Shown here: positions 26,136-33,816 of the stretch, piece by piece | Position numbering within the stretch: position 1 is the first letter of the stretch | Layout: each line of letters opens with the position of its first letter | Source of the DNA: Streptosporangiaceae bacterium | GTDB lineage: Bacteria > Actinomycetota > Actinomycetes > Streptosporangiales > Streptosporangiaceae | Length of the DNA stretch: 40,620 nucleotides | Reading direction: 5' to 3' | NCBI GenBank assembly: GCA_036497405.1 | Contig: DASXJM010000456.1 | Span: forward strand, 1 to 40,620 | Position numbers and translations under genes: made by a program | The notes under the pieces: generated by a model | The model's input: the letters and a program-made list of their open reading frames with translations, nothing else | Database searches by the model: none | What the model was told of the DNA's origin: nothing

Positions 26136-26966
26136 TCAGTGATCGAGGTCGGCGCGGAGCGCGGCCACCTGTTCCTCGCGGGCCGCGGCCGAATCGAATT
26201 CCCAGTACTCGGTGGAGTTATCGGTGGTCAGCTCGCCGCTGGCCGGGTCGACCGAGACCCGCTGGACGGCGTGCACAACCCCGGTGAAACTCTCGTCCGG
26301 CCGGGTTTCCACCAGCACGCCGACGCCGCTGACAGGATCGACTTCCAATCTCCGATAGGCAATGAACGGATCCCCGGCCGGATCGCCCACCTCATCGAGC
26401 ACCAGCCAGCCGCCCTCCACCCCACCGTCGCCGGCGCCCTGACCATTCCGCGCCACCTGGGCGTCCCGCGCGGCCCGCCCCATCGCCCGCCGTCGCCGCC
26501 GCGCCGCCAGCCAGCCGATCACCTCGCCGTGCCGGATCGCGAACGCGGCCGCGGTCAGCCCCTCCCGCTCGGCCGCGGTCAGGGGCAGCGCCGCGCCATC
26601 CACCGCGGCATCACCGGTCCCACCTGCGCGCGCGTCCCACGCGCCCACCAGCGCCGCCGCGGCCGCCTGCGCCCCGGCGTCATGCTCCTCATCACCATCC
26701 AGATCCAGCTCCCCACCACCCCCAGCCCCGCCGGCCTCCCCGCGCAGCCGATTCAGCCACGCCGCCACCAGCCGCGACGCGGCCGCGTACCGCTCCGGCG
26801 CCTGAGCCATCCCCGCGAACGCACTCCCCGACGCCGCCACCCACTGCGGCCCCAGCTGCCGCAACCGCGCCAGCGCCGGCCCCGCCTCGCCCCCGGCCGC
26901 CCCGCCCGCGACCGGCCCGCCCTCGCCCGCCTCGACCCCGGCCGGAGGTGGCGTTTCTGTCCCCAT
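26136..26966 (-). CDS. Hypothetical Gly/Ala-rich protein (276 aa)
   Basis: GC3-rich ORF lying between the radical SAM and carbamate kinase operons. The C-terminal ~100 aa is non-repetitive (...FIAYRRLEVDPVSGVGVLVETRPDESFTGVVHAVQRV...EYWEFDS...). I recognise no family. Confidence 0.5.
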   Translation of the reverse strand: MGTETPPPAGVEAGEGGPVAGGAAGGEAGPALARLRQLGPQWVAASGSAFAGMAQAPERYAAASRLVAAWLNRLRGEAGGAGGGGELDLDGDEEHDAGAQAAAAALVGAWDARAGGTGDAAVDGAALPLTAAEREGLTAAAFAIRHGEVIGWLAARRRRRAMGRAARDAQVARNGQGAGDGGVEGGWLVLDEVGDPAGDPFIAYRRLEVDPVSGVGVLVETRPDESFTGVVHAVQRVSVDPASGELTTDNSTEYWEFDSAAAREEQVAALRADLDH

Positions 26967-27009
26967 CGGTTGCCCCCTTCGGCTCGATTATTTACTATCC
27001 GATACGTAC

Positions 27010-27025
27010 GTTTGACATCGGAAAC
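27010..27025. promoter_or_regulatory. 16-nt GTTTG-ACATCG-GAAAC site in the divergent region upstream of carbamate kinase
   Basis: It has the same 5-6-5 geometry and the same GGAAAC end as the sites at 26066 and 31615. It is adjacent to the acgtacgt palindrome (27004-27011). Confidence 0.3.
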
Positions 27026-27090
27026 ACTTCTAGGGCGTTCGGACGAGAACATCTCAGGCGTTCGGCCGGCTGGTGGAAAGGTTCGGTGAA

Positions 27091-28062
27091 GTGGCTAGCA
27101 AGGTGGCGGTAGTGGCGGTCGGCGGCAACGCGCTGACCCGCGAGGACCAGCTTGGCACGGCCCAGCAGATCCGGGATAACGCGGCCGGGATCGCGACCGG
27201 GATCTGCGCCCTGGCCGACGCCGGGTGGCGGGTGGTGGTGGTCCACGGCAACGGCCCCCAGGTCGGCAACCTGGTCATCCAGCAGGAAACCGGCGTGACC
27301 ATGGTCCCGGCTCAGCCGCTGAGCGCGCTCAACGCGATGACCGAAGGCCAGCTCGGCTCGGTCCTGACCCTCGCCATCGACTCGATCCGAGGTCCGGGCA
27401 GCGCGGTCGCGCTGGTCAGCCACATGACCGTCAGCCCCGACGACCCGGCGTTCCAGCATCCGACCAAACCGGTCGGGCCGTTCTTCGACGCCGCCCACGC
27501 CGAGCAGATGGGACGCGAACGCGGCTGGCTGATGGCCGAAGACTCCGGCCGCGGCTACCGCCGGGTGGTGGCCTCGCCGGTCCCGCAGGATCTGCTCGAA
27601 CTGCCCACCCTGCGCGCCCTGGTCAGCAGCGGCCTGATCGTGCTGGCCGCGGGCGGCGGCGGGGTGCCGGTGGCCCGCACGGCCACGGGCACGTACACCG
27701 GGGTGGACGCGGTCATCGACAAGGACCTGGCCGCCGCGCGGGTGGCGGCCGGCATCGGGGCCCAGGCGCTGCTGCTGGTCACCGCGGTGGACGAGGTCTA
27801 CGTCGACTTCGGCACGCCCCGGGCCCGGCCGGTCCGGGTCATGGACACCGCGCTGGCCGATCGGTACCTGGCGCAGGGCCAGTTCCCGCCGGGCAGCATG
27901 GGACCGAAGATCCAGGCCGCGGTGTCGTTCGTCCGCTGGTCCGGGGCCAGCGCCGTGGTCACCTCGGCCGCCAGCATGGCCGCCGCGCTGGCGCCGGACG
28001 CGACCACCGGCACCCGGATCGTCCCCGAGATCGTGCCCGAGACCGTCATGAGCCGAGCATGA
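27091..28062 (+). CDS. arcC: Carbamate kinase
   Basis: It has ...KVAVVAVGGNAL...VVVHGNGPQVGNL...GYRRVVASPVP...VLAAGGGGVP...IDKDLAAA.... GTG 27091 is preferred (ggaaagg upstream). An alternative GTG lies at 27073. Confidence 0.85.
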   Translation: MASKVAVVAVGGNALTREDQLGTAQQIRDNAAGIATGICALADAGWRVVVVHGNGPQVGNLVIQQETGVTMVPAQPLSALNAMTEGQLGSVLTLAIDSIRGPGSAVALVSHMTVSPDDPAFQHPTKPVGPFFDAAHAEQMGRERGWLMAEDSGRGYRRVVASPVPQDLLELPTLRALVSSGLIVLAAGGGGVPVARTATGTYTGVDAVIDKDLAAARVAAGIGAQALLLVTAVDEVYVDFGTPRARPVRVMDTALADRYLAQGQFPPGSMGPKIQAAVSFVRWSGASAVVTSAASMAAALAPDATTGTRIVPEIVPETVMSRA

Positions 28063-29735
28063 GCGCCGACCCGCCGGGCGCCCCCAGCGCCGCCCCGCCG
28101 GCCACCCCCACCGCGACCGCCCCCAGCGCCGACCGGCCGGCCCACCACGCGGCCCGGACGATCTCCGATACCTACGCCGACTCCATGGTCCTGCTGGTGG
28201 CGACCTCGGTGATGTCCGGCCAGCCGGGCATCGGGTGGGCCGGGGCGGTGATGGCCACCCCGGCCGCGCTGGGTGACCTGGCCGAGCAGGGCTTCGCGCC
28301 CGCCGACCTGGCCGAGGCCCACGCCAACGACCTGGTCCTGGCGGTGCACGCGGCCGACGAGGGCCAGGCCGAGGCGGCCCTGGCCGCCGGGACGGATTCG
28401 ATCTTCAGCGCGACCCGCCCCGGCGGCAACGGCGGCAACGGCGGCAACGGCACGGAAGGCGGCCCCCGGCACGACGCCCCGCGCACCATCGAAGCCGCGG
28501 CCGAACTCGCCCCCCGCGCCAACGTGGCCATCGTCTCCGTGCCCGGCCCCTACGCCGCCCTCGAGGCCCATCACGCGCTCACGGCCGGCCTGCACGTCCT
28601 GCTGTTCAGCGACAACGTGCCGCTGGCCGAGGAGATCGAGCTCAAGCAGCGCGCCACCGAACTCGGCCTGCTGGTCATGGGTCCGGGCGCGGGCACCGCG
28701 GTGCTGGCCGGCACCGGGCTCGGCTTCGCCAACGTCCTGCGCCGCGGGCCGGTGGGCGTGGTCGCGGCCGCGGGCACCGGGGCCCAGGAGGTCTCGGCGC
28801 TGCTGGACCGCTGGGGCGTGGGCGTGTCCCAGGTGATCGGCGTGGGCGGGCGCGACCTGTCCGCCGAAGTCGGGGGCCGGATGGCCGTCGCCGCCGTGCG
28901 GGCTCTCGACGCCGACCCCGATACCCAGGCCATCCTGATCGTGTCCAAGCCGCCGGACCCGGCCGTGGCCAAGCTGGTGCTCGAACAGTGCGCCGGCACC
29001 CCGGCCGTCGCCGTCTTCCTCGGCGTCACCGACCTCACCCAGCCCGCCGGGACCCAGCCCGCCGGAACCCAGCCCCCCCAAAGCCAGCTCTCCCGCACGC
29101 TGGAGGCGGGCGCGATCGCCGCCGCCCGCCTGACCGGCGGAACCCCCCCGAATCCCGCCCACCACCTGGCCGACCACGCGGCTCGGGCCGCGGCCCGCCT
29201 GCCCGAGCAGCGCCGCACGATCCGCGGGTTCTACTCCGGCGGAACACTCTGCTACGAGGCCCAGCTGATCATCTCCGGCCTGCTCGGCCCGGTGTACTCC
29301 AACGAGCCGCTGGTCCACGAGAACACCGTGCCCGCGCCGCCCGGCAGTCACGTGCTGCTCGACCTCGGCGCCGAGGAGTACACCGTCGGCCGGCCGCATC
29401 CCATGATCGACCCGCAGAGCCGGATCGAGATCCTGCGCGCCCAGGCCCGCGAACCCGATGTGGCCGCGGTCCTGCTCGACGTGGTCCTGGGCCACGGATC
29501 GCACGCCGACCCGGCCAGGGAACTCGCTCCGGTGCTGACCGAGATCATGGCCGACGGCGGTCCGCAGGTGGTCGCCTACGTGCTCGGCTCCGGCGGCGAT
29601 TCCCAGGGCTACCAGGACCAGCGGGCCACCCTGGAGGCGGCCGGCTGCCTGGTCACCGAGACCGCGGCCCGGGCCGCCTACCTGGCCGCGGCCATCGCCG
29701 CCCGCAAGCCCGAGCTGGCCGAGCGGCGGGACTGA
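28059..29735 (+). CDS. fdrA: FdrA (AllF-like) family protein, succinyl-CoA-synthetase-alpha-like fold
   Basis: 558 aa from ATG 28059, which forms an ATGA overlap with arcC. It has ...ANVAIVSVPGPYAALEAHHALTAGLHVLLFSDNVPLAEE...LLVMGPGAGTAVL...VGVVAAAGTGAQEV...VIGVGGRDLS.... The 836-aa ORF-track entry is an artefactual N-terminal extension. Confidence 0.8.
   Translation: MSADPPGAPSAAPPATPTATAPSADRPAHHAARTISDTYADSMVLLVATSVMSGQPGIGWAGAVMATPAALGDLAEQGFAPADLAEAHANDLVLAVHAADEGQAEAALAAGTDSIFSATRPGGNGGNGGNGTEGGPRHDAPRTIEAAAELAPRANVAIVSVPGPYAALEAHHALTAGLHVLLFSDNVPLAEEIELKQRATELGLLVMGPGAGTAVLAGTGLGFANVLRRGPVGVVAAAGTGAQEVSALLDRWGVGVSQVIGVGGRDLSAEVGGRMAVAAVRALDADPDTQAILIVSKPPDPAVAKLVLEQCAGTPAVAVFLGVTDLTQPAGTQPAGTQPPQSQLSRTLEAGAIAAARLTGGTPPNPAHHLADHAARAAARLPEQRRTIRGFYSGGTLCYEAQLIISGLLGPVYSNEPLVHENTVPAPPGSHVLLDLGAEEYTVGRPHPMIDPQSRIEILRAQAREPDVAAVLLDVVLGHGSHADPARELAPVLTEIMADGGPQVVAYVLGSGGDSQGYQDQRATLEAAGCLVTETAARAAYLAAAIAARKPELAERRD
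28422..28448. repeat. 3 x 9-bp tandem repeat (ggcggcaac) inside fdrA
   Basis: Encodes GGNGGNGGN in a linker. Confidence 0.85.
29037..29075. repeat. 2.6 x 15-bp tandem repeat (acccagcccgccggg) inside fdrA
   Basis: Encodes TQPAGTQPAGTQP in a linker. Confidence 0.85.
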
Positions 29736-29737
29736 AC

Positions 29738-30931
29738 ATGGCCACTCCGGCGCCGGTCGCGCTGATCACCTACAGCACCAAACCGCGCGGCGGCGTCAGC
29801 CACACCCTCGCGCTCGGCGAGGCCCTGCACGCCCACGGCTACCCGGTGCTGATCGTCGGCCTGGGCGGCCCGGCCCAGGGCTTCTTCCGCCCGGTGGCCG
29901 CGCCCACGCTGATCGTCCCCGCGCCCGCCCCGCCGCCGGACGGCGGACTGGAAGCCAAGGTCGACGCCAACATCGATGCCCTGGAAGCGGCCCTCGGCGA
30001 CGTCGCCGCCCGCTACCCGATTCTGCACGCCCAGGACTGCATCTCGGCCCGGGCCGCCGCCCGGGTCCGCGACGCCACCACCGCCGCCCGCCCCACCGTG
30101 GTCCGGACCGTCCACCACGTCGACGACTTCGACACCGAGAAGCTGATGGACTGCCAGCGCCAGGCCATCCTGGAGCCCGACCACGTGCTGGTGGTGAGCC
30201 GGGTCTGGCAGCGGATCCTGGCCGGCGACTACGGCGTCCAGGCCGAACTGGCCGGGAACGGGGTGACCGTCGAGCGGTTCGCCACCGCCGACCCCGGCCT
30301 GGTCCGGCGGCTGCGCCAGCAGGTGGCCCCGGCCGGGCCGCTCATCCTGTCCGTCGGCGGCATCGAGCCCCGCAAGGGCACCGACACCCTGGTCCGCGCC
30401 CTGGCCCGCCTCTGCCGAGCCGCCGCCCCCCAAGGAGCCCAGCCCCCGGTCCTGGCCGTCATCGGCGGCCACTCCTTCCAGGACCACCGCTGGTACCGGG
30501 ACCAGGTCCTGGCCGAACTCCCCGCCCTCGGCCTGACCGCCGGACCAGGCCACGACGTCGTCGAGCTGGGCACGATCCCCGACGAAGAGATCCCGGCCTG
30601 GTACCAGGCCGCCGACGTGCTCGCCTTTCCCTCGACCAAGGAAGGCTTCGGCCTGGCCCCCCTGGAAGCCATGGCCGCCGGCACCCCGGCCATCGTCAGC
30701 GACCTGCCGGTCTTCGCCGAGTGGCTGCAGCCGGGCCGGGACGCCCTCCAGGTCCCGGTCGGCGACGACGTGGCCCTGGCCGCCGCCCTCGACCGGGTGC
30801 TGACCAACGAGAACCTGGCCGCCCGCCTGCGCGCGGCCGGCCAGCGGCTGGCCCGCCAGCACACCTGGGCCGCGGAAGCCGGCCGCCACCAGGGGCTCTA
30901 CGAGCTCTTCACCACGACGGTCCGGCACTGA
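29738..30931 (+). CDS. GT4-type glycosyltransferase, MSMEG_0565-like
   Basis: 397 aa. It has ...VALITYSTKPRGGVSHTLALGEAL... and the C-terminal GT-B motif ...FPSTKEGFGLAPLEAMAAGTPAIVSD.... The ATG lies 2 nt after the fdrA stop. Confidence 0.75.
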   Translation: MATPAPVALITYSTKPRGGVSHTLALGEALHAHGYPVLIVGLGGPAQGFFRPVAAPTLIVPAPAPPPDGGLEAKVDANIDALEAALGDVAARYPILHAQDCISARAAARVRDATTAARPTVVRTVHHVDDFDTEKLMDCQRQAILEPDHVLVVSRVWQRILAGDYGVQAELAGNGVTVERFATADPGLVRRLRQQVAPAGPLILSVGGIEPRKGTDTLVRALARLCRAAAPQGAQPPVLAVIGGHSFQDHRWYRDQVLAELPALGLTAGPGHDVVELGTIPDEEIPAWYQAADVLAFPSTKEGFGLAPLEAMAAGTPAIVSDLPVFAEWLQPGRDALQVPVGDDVALAAALDRVLTNENLAARLRAAGQRLARQHTWAAEAGRHQGLYELFTTTVRH

Positions 30932-30946
30932 GCCATGATGCCGACC

Positions 30947-31519
30947 TCACTCCATCCGCAGCGCCATCCAGATGGCGGTGGCCAGCTCGTCGCCCGGGTT
31001 GCGCCACGAGTGCGGCTGATAGGTGCGGAAGTGGAGCGAGTCGCCCGGCTTGAGCTCGTGCAGCCGGCCGTTGATGGTGAACTCCAGGCGGCCGGACATG
31101 ACGTAGACCAGCTCCTCGCCGCCGTGCGACATCGGCTTGGCCCCGCTGCTGGCGTGCGGCTGCACCTGCGCGAACGCGGCCGCGACCATGAACTCGTCGT
31201 AGGGCCCGGTGATGCCGCCGAGGTGGATGCCGTTGTGCGAGGTGTAGATGTCCGGGCGCTCGCCCGGCCGGGTCACCGCGGTCGGCGGCGCGTGCTCGGG
31301 CTCCTCCACGAAGTAGGCGACCGGCCGCTGCAGGGCGGCCGCGATCTTCAGCAGCGTGGTGATGGTGGGCACCATGTCGCCCTGCTCCATCTTGTGGATC
31401 GTCGCCGCCGAGACGTCGGCCCGGCTGCCCAGGGCCTGCAGGGACAGCCCGTTCTCGGCACGGAGCGCCTTGATCTTCGGGCCTATGCCCGAGACCACCT
31501 TGTGCAGCTCATCGTTCAT
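30947..31519 (-). CDS. XRE-family HTH regulator with C-terminal cupin domain
   Basis: It has ...IKALRAENGLSLQALGSRADVSAATIHKMEQG... (HTH_3) and ...HGGEELVYVMSGRLEFTINGRLHELKPGDSLHF... (cupin). Confidence 0.85.
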   Translation of the reverse strand: MNDELHKVVSGIGPKIKALRAENGLSLQALGSRADVSAATIHKMEQGDMVPTITTLLKIAAALQRPVAYFVEEPEHAPPTAVTRPGERPDIYTSHNGIHLGGITGPYDEFMVAAAFAQVQPHASSGAKPMSHGGEELVYVMSGRLEFTINGRLHELKPGDSLHFRTYQPHSWRNPGDELATAIWMALRME

Positions 31520-31594
31520 CTAGGCCACCAGCAGGGTCGTGGAGCGGGAGTTTCGCGCAGCTTGAGACGCAGGTTGACGTGCATGCCCACATCA

Positions 31595-31630
31595 ATTAAT
31601 GATAGGAAAATAATGTTGCCTATAGGAAAC
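31595..31630. promoter_or_regulatory. Two adjacent GGAAA(A/C)-ending sites, including the near-palindrome GTTGCCTATAGGAAAC, between the XRE-cupin and flavoprotein genes
   Basis: The first site is attaa-tgatag-gaaaa (31595-31610). The second is gttgc-ctatag-gaaac (31615-31630), which fits the palindrome GTTNCCTATAGGNAAC. ataggaaa is repeated 20 bp apart. A TAATGT -10-like hexamer lies at 31611-31616. Confidence 0.45.
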
Positions 31631-31655
31631 GATGCTTGCTCCCGGCGAGGTTGAC

Positions 31656-33017
31656 ATGGCAAAGCGAATCATAGTTGTCGGCGGCGGCGCGGCCGGGATG
31701 GGCGCGGCCGGAGCGGCCCAGGGCACGGACCCGGAGGCCAAGGTCACCGTGCTGACCAGCTTCGAAGACGCGGCCTACAGCCCGTGCGGCATCCCCTACG
31801 TGCACGGCAAGGAGATCCCCGACTTCGACCGGCTGTTCATGGCCACCAAGCAGCACTACATCGACCAGGGCCTCGACTTCCGCTACGAGACCACGGTGTC
31901 CGCGATCGACACCAGGGCCAAGACGGTCACGCTGGAGTCCGGGGACGTGCTCACCTACGACTCCCTGGTCCTGGCCACCGGCTTCAACTACGCCCCCACC
32001 GGCGTCCCCGGCGAGTCCGGCCCCGGCCTCTACTACGTGAAGAACATCCGCGAGGCCATGGAGTGGGACAAGACCCTCGACTCGGTGCGGAGCGCGGTCG
32101 TCATCGAAGGCGGGCCGCTCGGCGCCGAGATGGTCACCGCCCTGTCCGAACGCGGCATCGAGACCCATCTGGTCGACTCGGCCGCCTGGGCCATGTCGAT
32201 GGCCACCGACCCGGACATCATCAAGCCGGTCGAGGACGAGTGGCGCGAGGCCGGCGTCCACCTGCACTACAGCACCAAGCTCGAGGCCTTCCTGCGCAAC
32301 CCGGACGGGACCCTCCGCGGCGTGGCCACCTCCGACGGTGAGATCGTCGCCGACCTGGCCGTCATCGCCACCCACAAGGTGGCCAACACCGCGCTGGCCA
32401 AGGCGGCCGGGATCAAGCTCGGCATGTCCGGCGGCGTCATCGTCGACGCGGGCATGCAGACCTCGGCCCCCAGCGTGTTCGCCTGCGGCGACGTGGCCGA
32501 GATCCCGCACGGGGTCTCCAACGTGCCGATCCAGGGCCTGTCCGGCAGCCACGCCTACGCCCAGGGCAAGGTGGCCGGCACCCGGGCCGCGGGCGGCGTC
32601 CGCGACTACCGCGCGGTCTACGTGCCCTGGGGCATGATGGCCGGCCAGTCGATGCTGGGCGGCGTGTCGTTCAGCGAGACCCTGGCCACCGCGCTCGGCA
32701 TCGACTACGTGGCCGGGACCGCGACCGGGATCTCCCGGGCCCGCTACTACCCGGGGGTCAAGCCGGTCACGGTCAAGCTGCTGGCCGACCCGAAGACCCA
32801 GCGCCTGATCGGGGCCCAGCTGATCGGCGGTGAGGGCATCAAGGAACGCACCGACTTCCTGGCCATGTGCGTCCGCAAGGGGCTCACCCTCGACGACCTG
32901 GCCACCATGGAGAACGTCTACAGCCCGGGCATCGGCGCGCTCAACGAGCCGATCGCCCTGGCCGCCCAGAAGACGCTGGCCAACCTGGCCGCGGCCACGT
33001 CCAAGACCGGGGCCTGA
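31656..33017 (+). CDS. FAD-dependent pyridine nucleotide-disulfide oxidoreductase (NADH oxidase / CoA-disulfide reductase-like)
   Basis: It has MAKRIIVVGGGAAGMGAA, the redox-Cys motif YSPCGIPY, a second dinucleotide fold VVIEGGPLGAEM, ...FACGDVAE... and a C-terminal dimerisation domain. ATG 31656 is preceded by gagg. Confidence 0.8.
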   Translation: MAKRIIVVGGGAAGMGAAGAAQGTDPEAKVTVLTSFEDAAYSPCGIPYVHGKEIPDFDRLFMATKQHYIDQGLDFRYETTVSAIDTRAKTVTLESGDVLTYDSLVLATGFNYAPTGVPGESGPGLYYVKNIREAMEWDKTLDSVRSAVVIEGGPLGAEMVTALSERGIETHLVDSAAWAMSMATDPDIIKPVEDEWREAGVHLHYSTKLEAFLRNPDGTLRGVATSDGEIVADLAVIATHKVANTALAKAAGIKLGMSGGVIVDAGMQTSAPSVFACGDVAEIPHGVSNVPIQGLSGSHAYAQGKVAGTRAAGGVRDYRAVYVPWGMMAGQSMLGGVSFSETLATALGIDYVAGTATGISRARYYPGVKPVTVKLLADPKTQRLIGAQLIGGEGIKERTDFLAMCVRKGLTLDDLATMENVYSPGIGALNEPIALAAQKTLANLAAATSKTGA

Positions 33018-33021
33018 TCCG

Positions 33022-33279
33022 GTGGCCAGCCTGTTCCAGTGGGTCCGCCAGACCTCCGAACGCCACCTGATGCTCGACGCCCAGGACCGCATCGGCCGCA
33101 AGCTGGGCGCGGGCCGCCCGGCCCGGCCGCGCGGCCGCGAGATCTTCTGGCGGCGGGTCTACGTCCCGGTGTTCCACCGCCTCCCGCCCGGCGTCCGCAA
33201 CGCCATGATCGCCCGCATGCCCGGCAGCCACCGGCAGCGCTGGCCGGCCGAGCCCCCGCCCGCCGGCCCCGCCGTCTAA
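33022..33279 (+). CDS. Small basic conserved-looking protein (85 aa), candidate MSMEG_0570-family member
   Basis: The GTG lies 4 nt after the flavoprotein stop. GC3 is almost uniform. The sequence includes ...REIFWRRVYVPVFHRLPPGVRNAMIARMPGSHRQRW.... The family call rests on position only. Confidence 0.45.
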   Translation: MASLFQWVRQTSERHLMLDAQDRIGRKLGAGRPARPRGREIFWRRVYVPVFHRLPPGVRNAMIARMPGSHRQRWPAEPPPAGPAV

Positions 33280-33324
33280 CCCAGTCTCAACCGCCCCGCC
33301 AGTCACTCAGTCACAAGGAGTCCT

Positions 33325-33816
33325 ATGTCCACCAAGACGAACACCATCACGCCGGCGCAAGAGGGCGACGTACTGTACGACACCAGCGAGAAGGTCTTCC
33401 CCGACATCCAGGCCGAGCCGGGCCAGAAGGCCACCGTCTTCATCCACTCGGTTCCGTTCGAGGGCTCGGTCTCGCTGGTCAACCTGATGACCTCGACCCG
33501 GCTGCAGCGCAAGGGCTTCGAGCTCACCATCGTGCTGTACGGCCCGGCCGTGCTGCTGGCCTCCAACACCCGCGGCTTCCCGTCGGTCGGGGCCGAGGGC
33601 TTCCCCGGCAACCTCGCGGTCAACCGCCAGCTCAACGTCCTGCTCAAGGAGGGCGCGTCCATCTACGCCTGCCGGTTCGCCATGGGCGCGCTGTACGGCA
33701 TGCGCGAGGACGACCTGATCCCCGGGGTCAAGGCGTTCAACCCGCTCGACGTGCTCGACGCCGGCCTGACCGCGTGGAAGGAAGGCCACTTCCAGCTCAA
33801 CACCTGGACCGTCTGA
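33325..33816 (+). CDS. MSMEG_0572/Sll0783-like nitrogen-starvation-response protein (DsrE-like fold)
   Basis: 163 aa. It has ...ATVFIHSVPFEGSVSLVNLMTSTRLQRKGFELTIVLYGPAV...IYACRFAMGALYG...NPLDVLDAG.... An aaggag Shine-Dalgarno precedes it. Confidence 0.6.
   Translation: MSTKTNTITPAQEGDVLYDTSEKVFPDIQAEPGQKATVFIHSVPFEGSVSLVNLMTSTRLQRKGFELTIVLYGPAVLLASNTRGFPSVGAEGFPGNLAVNRQLNVLLKEGASIYACRFAMGALYGMREDDLIPGVKAFNPLDVLDAGLTAWKEGHFQLNTWTV

Noticed and set aside
27225-28058. N-terminal extension of the 836-aa ORF containing fdrA
   Set aside because: It overlaps carbamate kinase in another frame with a junk-like composition. ATG 28059 forms an ATGA coupling with arcC and precedes the FdrA homology.
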